Part shown: piece by piece, positions 57,711 through 64,000 of the stretch
Numbering within the stretch: position 1 is the stretch's first letter
How the letters are laid out: the number at the start of each line of letters is the position of its first letter
Position numbers and translations under genes: made by a program
The notes under the pieces: generated by a model
The model's input: the letters and a program-made list of their open reading frames with translations, nothing else
What the model was told of the DNA's origin: nothing
Databases searched by the model: none
Source: an uncultured Candidatus Saccharibacteria bacterium
GTDB lineage: Bacteria > Patescibacteriota > Minisyncoccia > Phycocordibacterales > UBA9973
Direction: 5' to 3'
Assembly: GCA_964432275.1 (NCBI GenBank)
Contig: CAYSMH010000001.1
Span: 11,191 to 75,190 of the forward strand
Length of the DNA: 64,000 nucleotides

Positions 57711-57795
57711 GTTTCCATGCTAGCGTATGGAGATAAAGAAAAAATAAAATTGACAAAAAGAAGAATAAAAGTAGTATCAAAGAAAATATATATCT

Positions 57796-57996
57796 ATGCC
57801 AGAATGTCGCAACAACCCTTGTACTTGTACAAGTGAGGAAAAATGGTCTTGCCTTACAACTCAATGGAACCAATTAGATAGACCTCAAGAAGAAGAGGAA
57901 GAAAAAAAGATTATCAAAAATTTTAAGGAAGCTATAGAAAAGGGAGATATAAAGTTAGCACAAAAACTTCTTCCAGATGTAGAGTTCAAATGGTAA
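57796..57996 (+). CDS. small (66 aa) Cys-rich acidic protein
   Basis: C-x4-C-x-C-x6-C N-terminus, EEEEEKK linker. Promoter TTGACA-17-TAGTAT at 57744-57772. Confidence 0.4.
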   Translation: MPECRNNPCTCTSEEKWSCLTTQWNQLDRPQEEEEEKKIIKNFKEAIEKGDIKLAQKLLPDVEFKW

Positions 57997-58039
57997 CTAA
58001 AAATCGCAAGGTCGCCGTATGTTCAATACATACGGTTTT

Positions 58040-58762
58040 TTACAACAAACTAGCCAACGTATAGTCTTGCACCAGATCTGTTTCTTCTGCTTTTGAAAAT
58101 ACTTTTTTGAACTTGGCGTTTTTGCCTTTCACACGTTTCTCGCAAGTCGCCCAGTCTTTGTCGACATGTATTTTCCCATCTACCATCGAGACGTATGAGT
58201 ATGCAGTACCTTTATTTTTCGTACCGGAGCTTGATTTCTTTGCGGGAGATTTCGGTGGAGTGTCGTCGAGTTGTAGTTCGTATGCCTTTACTGTTCCCTT
58301 AAAAAGCTTTGGTTTCTTTCCAAGCGCAGCCGCAACTGCAAGCTCATCACAGCGGTCGTTGTATGTGTGCCCTGAGTGCCCATCGACTTTGGTCAGTGTG
58401 AGTGATCGCCCAAAATAGTCCCGCAGCTTCATGAGCTTCATCCATTGTGGTTTATTTTCAACAGGTTTCTTGGCCATCGTGACCCATCCCTTTTTCACCC
58501 AGCCATCGATCCAACTCTCAATGCCGTTTAGCACATAGCGCGAGTCTGCGTGGAGTTCAACCCCTACTGTGCCAAATTTTTTCTCAATATACGCAAGTCC
58601 TTGGATGACTGCCTCAAGCTCCATTTGATTGTTGGTGGCAGGGTTCTTTGCACCAGCAAGCTCCACGACTTCTTTATCAGAGATAATGATCGCTCCCCAC
58701 CCCCCTGGCCCAGGATTGCCGCGTGACGCACCGTCGGTATAGAGTGTGACTGTAGATTTCAT
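58040..58762 (-). CDS. rnhA: ribonuclease HI with C-terminal hybrid-binding-domain (Cauli_VI/HBD)-like extension
   Basis: LYTDGASRGNPGPGGWGAII and DSRYV...DGHSGHTYNDRCDELA RNase H catalytic motifs. The C-terminus YSYVSMVDGKIHVDKDWATCEKRVKGKNAKFKKVFSKAEE matches the HBD pattern (Y.V..G..G.Y..W..C...V.G...A.FKKF...EEA). Start MKST at 58762; TATATACT lies 6 nt upstream. Confidence 0.7.
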   Translation of the reverse strand: MKSTVTLYTDGASRGNPGPGGWGAIIISDKEVVELAGAKNPATNNQMELEAVIQGLAYIEKKFGTVGVELHADSRYVLNGIESWIDGWVKKGWVTMAKKPVENKPQWMKLMKLRDYFGRSLTLTKVDGHSGHTYNDRCDELAVAAALGKKPKLFKGTVKAYELQLDDTPPKSPAKKSSSGTKNKGTAYSYVSMVDGKIHVDKDWATCEKRVKGKNAKFKKVFSKAEETDLVQDYTLASLL

Positions 58763-58820
58763 GGCAGTAGTATATACGTTGTTGATAGAAAATAAAAAAC
58801 CTTCGATTAATATCAAAGGT

Positions 58821-59219
58821 TTAAGTGTGTTTACACAAGATAGCTCGACCAAGTGGTAAAAGTGCGCCAGGATATATAGGACAGATGATTTTTTGTATGC
58901 CGCCATTGAACCGATACAATGTAAGTTTCTGAGGGATTCCGTTTATTTTATCCGTAAGATAAATATATACTCCCCCACAAAAACCTGATATAACATTTGC
59001 ATCTAAAATTTTTTCAGCGAGCGCTTCGGCTTCTTGACGTTCATATTCCTTATATAAATCATTGGAAATACATTCCGTGATGACTTTATGCTGGACACTG
59101 TTGTAATTTAGTTTTTGTAATCTTCCTGATATATTTTTTTCAATAGAAAAAATATTATATGTCGGTTCGAGTACTCTCCACACATTGTTTATATACATAG
59201 ATCTATATTTAAGTTTCAA
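58821..59219 (-). CDS. hypothetical protein (132 aa), AT-rich
   Basis: ORF with a terminator downstream (AACCTTTGATATTAATCGAAGGTT followed by TTTT, 58795-58822). Confidence 0.4.
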   Translation of the reverse strand: MKLKYRSMYINNVWRVLEPTYNIFSIEKNISGRLQKLNYNSVQHKVITECISNDLYKEYERQEAEALAEKILDANVISGFCGGVYIYLTDKINGIPQKLTLYRFNGGIQKIICPIYPGALLPLGRAILCKHT

Positions 59220-59255
59220 GAAAACTATATCAAATATATATGAAAAGTCAAGTAT

Positions 59256-60902
59256 CTACACCACCTCACGTATCCGTACTCGCACACCACCTCTCCAACC
59301 AGCTTCGAGTGTTCCTAGTAGTGAGACTACTTCATTGGGAGCAAGTTTTTGGATCAGCTCATCTGTCGCAAAGAATGTAAATGCAGTTGCAGTACCGGTC
59401 ATGTCGCGGACGAGACATTCAATATGTTCTTTGTTTTTACCAAACATTTTTGTACTGACGATCGTGAGGCGCTCAAACAAGAACAGCGGCTCTGCATTAC
59501 CCACACCAAACGGTGCAAACTTGCGCACAGCGGACAGATGACGAGTGGTAGAGCATGCAAGTGGAAGTGAGATTGTTTCAAGAGTGTTTTTATCTTTGCC
59601 ATCGTGATCTACTTTTGCGATTGCAGTGTTGAGTGCTTCTTCGAGAAGGTGAATCTTTTCTTTTGCTACCGAGAACCCTCCTGCTGCTTGGTGTCCGCCT
59701 GCGTGCAGTATCATGCCATCTGGTAGCGCCTGGAACAGAAGTGCAGCATGGTGTTCATCGATCATCCGACATGAGCCTTTGATCGTACCGTCCCCTGCTT
59801 CTCCCCAGACAAAAAAGGATTTGTTGTACGTCTCCACCAGTTTGTTGGCGACCAGTCCGAGCACTGCGGGACGCCACTCGGGGTTGCCTACGACAACGAT
59901 CGCTCCGAGTGAGTTGTTGAGCTCGCGATATTTCACACTTGCATGTGCGACTTTTACGATTTGCGCAACAAGCGACTTGCGAAGTGTATTGATCTCATCG
60001 AGGGTGCGCACAATCTCAAGCGCACGTTTCGGGTCATCAGTTGAGAGAAGTTCAAATGCAAGCATGGGGGTGTCCATACGAGATGCTGCGTTGAGTCGTG
60101 GTGCAACAGTAAACGTAAGATCGGCCTCGGTGAGACGCGAAAGATCAATACTGTTTTTTTCAAGCAACATCCGCAGACCGACACGACGAGTCTTGCGCGC
60201 CACAAAGAGTCCATAGAGTGCGAGCATACGGTTCTCTCCGGTAAGTGGAACCATGTCAGAGAGTGTGGCAAAGCCGACAAGGTCGAGTAGCCATTTCTCC
60301 CATCCTTCTGGTATATCAAACTCTGTTCTGTGTTTTTCTAAAAATGCACACACGAGATAAAACGCCATTGCAGCTCCACACGGATCTTGGTTTGTATATG
60401 TACCCTTTGCCGGATGCACGAGTGCGTACGCTGCTGGGAAGTCTGCAAGTGGTGCATGGTGATCGGTGAGGAGAACGTCGATACCGCGCGACTGTGCATC
60501 TGCTACTTCTGCAATTGCGGTAATGCCCACATCGACTGTGATCATGAGCGTCACACTCTTGGCTTCAAGTGCATCGATACCTATCTTGCTAACACCGTAG
60601 CCCTCATCGTGTCGATCTGGTATGTAGACATGTACGCGATCCATCACTCCGAGCTTTTTAAAAAGGTCGATCAGTACGACTGCTCCCGGGATGCCGTCAC
60701 AGTCATAGTCAGCATAAATACCGATGTGTTCATCTCCTTTGACTGCGCTGTAGAGCCGTTCGGCAGCTCGCTCCATATCAGTAAACGCCCACAGATCTCC
60801 AAGACGATACTCAGGTTCAATAAATGGTTTGTGATCGGTAAGTCCCAGACGTGCTGCGAGCATTGTTTCAAGCTCGGCGGGCGTGGGGAGAGTGGGTTGC
60901 AT
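59256..60902 (-). CDS. recJ: single-stranded-DNA-specific exonuclease RecJ
   Basis: DHH motifs (DYDCDG, VLLTDHHAP) and DHHA1 GGHQAAGG. Start MQPTL at 60902; extended -10 TGGTAGAAT lies 7 nt upstream. Confidence 0.85.
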   Translation of the reverse strand: MQPTLPTPAELETMLAARLGLTDHKPFIEPEYRLGDLWAFTDMERAAERLYSAVKGDEHIGIYADYDCDGIPGAVVLIDLFKKLGVMDRVHVYIPDRHDEGYGVSKIGIDALEAKSVTLMITVDVGITAIAEVADAQSRGIDVLLTDHHAPLADFPAAYALVHPAKGTYTNQDPCGAAMAFYLVCAFLEKHRTEFDIPEGWEKWLLDLVGFATLSDMVPLTGENRMLALYGLFVARKTRRVGLRMLLEKNSIDLSRLTEADLTFTVAPRLNAASRMDTPMLAFELLSTDDPKRALEIVRTLDEINTLRKSLVAQIVKVAHASVKYRELNNSLGAIVVVGNPEWRPAVLGLVANKLVETYNKSFFVWGEAGDGTIKGSCRMIDEHHAALLFQALPDGMILHAGGHQAAGGFSVAKEKIHLLEEALNTAIAKVDHDGKDKNTLETISLPLACSTTRHLSAVRKFAPFGVGNAEPLFLFERLTIVSTKMFGKNKEHIECLVRDMTGTATAFTFFATDELIQKLAPNEVVSLLGTLEAGWRGGVRVRIREVV

Positions 60903-60930
60903 GCATGAGATTCTACCATATACTCTATGC

Positions 60931-61332
60931 ATGAATGACACCGTATTTGGCAAAATAATCCACGGAGAGATCCCTGCAACCAAGGTGTACGAAGACGATC
61001 AGTTTCTCGCATTTCTCGACATCAGCCCTGTCGCAAAAGGTCACACACTCCTTATCCCCAAAGAGCAGTACATGTGGATACACGACACACCTGACGATCT
61101 GGTCGCCGCTATTTTTGTAAAAGCGAAAGAGTTGATCAATGCAATGCGAGCAGGTTTACCTTGCGACTATGTCCAGCTTGGTGTGGTCGGCAACGAAGTG
61201 CCCCACTTTCATATTCATTTGATTCCGCGAATGTTCAGTGAAGAAGTACACCAAACTACTCGCCCTCATACCCCATATGAAAACTCAGAAGAAATGAATA
61301 CATTTGCCGACAAAATCAGAAGTGGTATGTAA
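60931..61332 (+). CDS. HIT-family (Hint-like) nucleotide hydrolase
   Basis: GHTLLIPK and HVPHFHIHLIP histidine triad. TATACT lies 6 nt upstream of the ATG. Confidence 0.85.
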   Translation: MNDTVFGKIIHGEIPATKVYEDDQFLAFLDISPVAKGHTLLIPKEQYMWIHDTPDDLVAAIFVKAKELINAMRAGLPCDYVQLGVVGNEVPHFHIHLIPRMFSEEVHQTTRPHTPYENSEEMNTFADKIRSGM

Positions 61333-61554
61333 TAAAAAAGGCCAGTGATAAAAATCACCGGCCTTGTTAAGAATCTTACGATTCTGTAACCCCCAAAGAA
61401 AACTTACCTCTATAATATCATATCTATATCATTTAGTCAAATGGTAAGCCCCCTTGATCTATCAAGGGGGAGCATTTTTCACGGGATACTTCCTGAAGAA
61501 GAGGTTTTTCATTTCAGGAGTGTAATGAGGTTTGATTTATTCTATTGTACACAA

Positions 61555-62679
61555 CTATTGAAGAGCTGCAATCCCTGGAAGTGTTCCTGTTGCCAAATAG
61601 TCGAGCGCTGCACCTCCACCAGTAGAGACAAAGATGCGCTTAGTATCAACTCCTTGCATCATAGACTCAATCACTGCTCCAGTATCTCCTCCTCCAATGA
61701 TTGCTTTGGTCTTGCTTGCAACGATGGCCTCTGCGATCGCCTTTGTGCCTGCCACAAATCCTTTTTCATACCAACCTGTTGGACCGTTCCATACGACAAG
61801 CTTTGCTTTTTTTATTGCAACAGCAACAAGAGCTATGCTTTGTGGTCCAATATCAACAATCACATCATTTTTTTGTATTTCGTCAGGCGTGAGCGTGAGA
61901 CGTTTTGTACCTCTCGTCACGACAACATCGATCGGCAAGAGAAGTTTTTCGTTAGTTAGAAGTTTCTTGATCGGTGCATCATGTCCACTTTCAACGACAG
62001 ATTTCCCTATTTCAAACCCTGATACTTTATAAAAATTATTCAAAATTGCTCCTGCGATGATGAGTTTGTCTGCCTTGTCAGCAAATCGCGTAACAAGTGG
62101 TATCTTTGTCCCAAACTTTGCACCCCCGAGAATAAATACAAATGGATGCTTCGGATCAAGTGCAGATGAAAGCGCTTTGATCTCTCGCTCAAGCTGCACC
62201 CCTGCAAATGACGGGAGATATTTTGCAATCCCTACCACTGACACGTGCTTGCGATGTGAAACTGAAAACGCATCGTTGACATAGTACTGCCCAAGACTTG
62301 CAAGTCGTTTTCCAAACGAGACAGTATTTTTTTCTTCATCTGTGTACCGACGAATATTTTCAAGAAGGATTACTGTACCTTTGGGTACCTCATTTAGGAT
62401 ATCGATTGTGCGTTTGTCATTGAGATCATTGGTGACAAATACTGTGTTAAACGACTTTGAAAGATAGGTTGCGATCGGTCGCAAGCTGTCTGTCCCACTT
62501 CCAAGATGTGCGATAAGTACTGGAGTGCCTCCTTTTTTCAAGATAGTAGCGATTGTCTCAAAGCTTGCATCAATACGACGACTATCAACGATGGTTGTAC
62601 CTTTGAGCGGAACGTTATAATCAACACGCACAAGTACACGAGTGTTATTGAGTTTAGGAAGTTTTGTAACGGATTGCAT
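61555..62679 (-). CDS. pgk: phosphoglycerate kinase
   Basis: RVDYNVP, LLENIRRYTDEE, NDAFSVSHR. Confidence 0.9.
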   Translation of the reverse strand: MQSVTKLPKLNNTRVLVRVDYNVPLKGTTIVDSRRIDASFETIATILKKGGTPVLIAHLGSGTDSLRPIATYLSKSFNTVFVTNDLNDKRTIDILNEVPKGTVILLENIRRYTDEEKNTVSFGKRLASLGQYYVNDAFSVSHRKHVSVVGIAKYLPSFAGVQLEREIKALSSALDPKHPFVFILGGAKFGTKIPLVTRFADKADKLIIAGAILNNFYKVSGFEIGKSVVESGHDAPIKKLLTNEKLLLPIDVVVTRGTKRLTLTPDEIQKNDVIVDIGPQSIALVAVAIKKAKLVVWNGPTGWYEKGFVAGTKAIAEAIVASKTKAIIGGGDTGAVIESMMQGVDTKRIFVSTGGGAALDYLATGTLPGIAALQ

Positions 62680-62680
62680 A

Positions 62681-63436
62681 TTAGAGAGTGGTCAGAGAAT
62701 GTGCGAGTTTACTAAAGCGCTTTACATCAAGACTAACACGACCAACAAGAAGGCCGTCCGCTTCTCCATCGGTAACAAATGCACGTGCATTCTCTTCTGA
62801 TACTGACCCCCCGTAGACGATTTGTATTTGCTTTGCAGTTTTTGCGTCATACAAATCAGTAACAAGCTTACGTATAAACATTATCATTTCTCTACACTCT
62901 ATAGGTGTCGCTTCTCGTTCTGCGTTAGCTCCTATTGCCCATACCGGCTCGTATGCAATGATACAACGCTTGAGATTTGCCTTTGGTACATCACGAAGTG
63001 CACTCTCAACCTGGTCCTTGATAGTAGAAAGGTACCACCCCTGAGCATCGCGTGTTTTTTCTCCAACACAGAGAATTATTGAAATTTTTTTCTCCATCAA
63101 TTGATCAAATTTTATTTTGACATCTTCGTTGGTATCTCCCGACGCACGACATTCTGAGTGACCTATAATACAGTACGAAAGCTTGGCACTTTTAAGTAAT
63201 GCCACACCAATAGAGCCTGTTGAAGCAACTGATACCGCTTTTGAGACATCTTGAGCACCCAGCTGCAAGGTGCGCGCCTTTGCGCTAATAGGTACGATAT
63301 ATAGAGTAGGAACACATGCAATTAACGTGAGAGACTTTTTATATTTCTTTGCAATCGTTGTTGTTGCTTGTGCAAGTCGCAATGCGTCTACTGTTGTAGA
63401 TGGGGCCATTTTCCAGTTTGCTATAAGAAGTTTCAT
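62681..63436 (-). CDS. tpiA: triosephosphate isomerase
   Basis: NWKM, IGHSECR, AYEPVWAIG. Confidence 0.9.
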   Translation of the reverse strand: MKLLIANWKMAPSTTVDALRLAQATTTIAKKYKKSLTLIACVPTLYIVPISAKARTLQLGAQDVSKAVSVASTGSIGVALLKSAKLSYCIIGHSECRASGDTNEDVKIKFDQLMEKKISIILCVGEKTRDAQGWYLSTIKDQVESALRDVPKANLKRCIIAYEPVWAIGANAEREATPIECREMIMFIRKLVTDLYDAKTAKQIQIVYGGSVSEENARAFVTDGEADGLLVGRVSLDVKRFSKLAHSLTTL

Positions 63437-63443
63437 TGGTCAC

Positions 63444-63452
63444 AGTATAGCA
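63444..63452 (-). promoter_or_regulatory. extended -10 TGCTATACT (tpiA-pgk), 7 nt from ATG
   Basis: Exact 9-mer after a terminator hairpin (63452-63482). Confidence 0.55.
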
Positions 63453-63496
63453 AAAACCACCCTTTGAAAAAAGGGCGGTTTTTGCTATCACCATAG

Positions 63497-63925
63497 TTAC
63501 TGACAAGGTACTATATACCCTTGCGCATCAGCACAAAGTTGTTGAATAGTAGTACTTCCTAGTGGAGTTGCCGTAATAGTGTCTTGAACACGAATTTCAT
63601 CATTCGCTTCAATACTTGTCACATTTGTAGCATCGCCAAAGGTAATAACAGACGGTGTCATAGGATTAGTGGTTGGACTTCCCCCGCGTATTATACCGCC
63701 AGCAAACACTGCTTGATCAAACTGTGCATTTCCTGCAACAAAAAATGTGTTTACCCCCAATCCCTGACTCTTGATCTGGTGTACTCGCCCACTATTAACT
63801 GGTGGTGCACTATTTACACTCACCGGAGGAAAAGATGGCTCACTCCATGCAGCACTCGCAACACCGATCCCAATGAGGGCAACTGCGACACCTGTAACTA
63901 TATATGATGCGGTTTGTTTTTTCAT
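63497..63925 (-). CDS. hypothetical secreted or membrane-anchored protein
   Basis: MKKQTASYIVTGVAVALIGIGVASAAW hydrophobic N-terminus and C-terminal Cys pair. Start at 63925 preferred; TATAAA lies 7 nt upstream. Confidence 0.45.
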   Translation of the reverse strand: MKKQTASYIVTGVAVALIGIGVASAAWSEPSFPPVSVNSAPPVNSGRVHQIKSQGLGVNTFFVAGNAQFDQAVFAGGIIRGGSPTTNPMTPSVITFGDATNVTSIEANDEIRVQDTITATPLGSTTIQQLCADAQGYIVPCQ

Positions 63926-64000
63926 AGACATTTTTATAGACAAATCTTGTAACCAGCTGCTGAACAAGCAAGTATATCTCCTGGTTCACAATACCCTGCT

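Noticed and set aside
1-64000. CRISPR arrays, transposases, integrases, IS elements
   Set aside because: No short regularly spaced direct repeats and no recombinase or transposase-like ORFs were recognised. The only strong DNA repeats are intragenic, in the two large surface-protein genes.

Overview
This is a gene-dense window (about 90 CDS, 2 tRNAs and 1 tmRNA). My best guess, not confirmed, is a small-genome, CPR/Patescibacteria-like bacterium using standard code 11, and nothing in the window contradicts that: gene order and promoters are sigma-70-like, L30 and L29 are absent from the ribosomal cluster, and there are very large surface proteins and a minimal metabolism. About half of the window (roughly 28.5 to 53.7 kb) is the str/S10/spc ribosomal-protein supercluster, in order rpsL, rpsG, fusA, tuf, rpsJ, rplC/D/W/B, rpsS, rplV, rpsC, rplP, rpsQ, rplN/X/E, rpsZ, rpsH, rplF/R, rpsE, rplO, secY, adk, map, together with the infC-rpmI-rplT operon. 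Unusually, this supercluster is cut into separate transcription units by self-contained accessory insertions, each with its own intrinsic terminator and promoter. These include a RelE/YafQ-like toxin plus RHH antitoxin plus dgkA cassette between rplB and rpsS, a CPBP-like membrane-protein gene containing an in-frame TAG between rplE and rpsZ, and an SDR plus a hypothetical gene between fusA and tuf. The rest of the window carries housekeeping genes (recG, a primary-type sigma factor, ychF, a family-4 UDG, a type II NADH dehydrogenase (NDH-2), ftsH, capA, smpB followed by tmRNA, truB, pgk, tpiA, recJ, rnhA, sod, comEC in two pieces, an ABC-F protein and others). It also carries three very large secreted or surface proteins (a beta-helix/Ig/FN3/SH3b protein, a 997-aa tandem-repeat protein with FN3 and a peptidoglycan-binding domain, and an LTD/PKD protein) and several AT-rich hypothetical genes. 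A striking regulatory regularity is an extended -10 element, exactly TGCTATACT in 7 cases plus close variants, sitting 6 to 10 nt upstream of start codons; this implies widespread leaderless mRNAs. The most system-like candidate is the segment from about 12.3 to 19.6 kb. There a TraD/VirD4-family ATPase that lacks a membrane anchor is translationally coupled to an extracellular LTD-PKD protein. Next to them lie a basic hypothetical protein, a 20-codon lysine-rich mini-gene with its own promoter and terminator, a Pif1-family helicase with a C-terminal HTH, and a lipoprotein gene abutting the 3' end of a tRNA-Ile with the rare UAU anticodon. Other oddities are a frameshifted MazF/EndoA-like toxin beside tRNA-Ser, an RNase HI with a C-terminal hybrid-binding-like domain, and several candidate small RNAs or mini-ORFs. 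No CRISPR array, transposase or integrase was seen.
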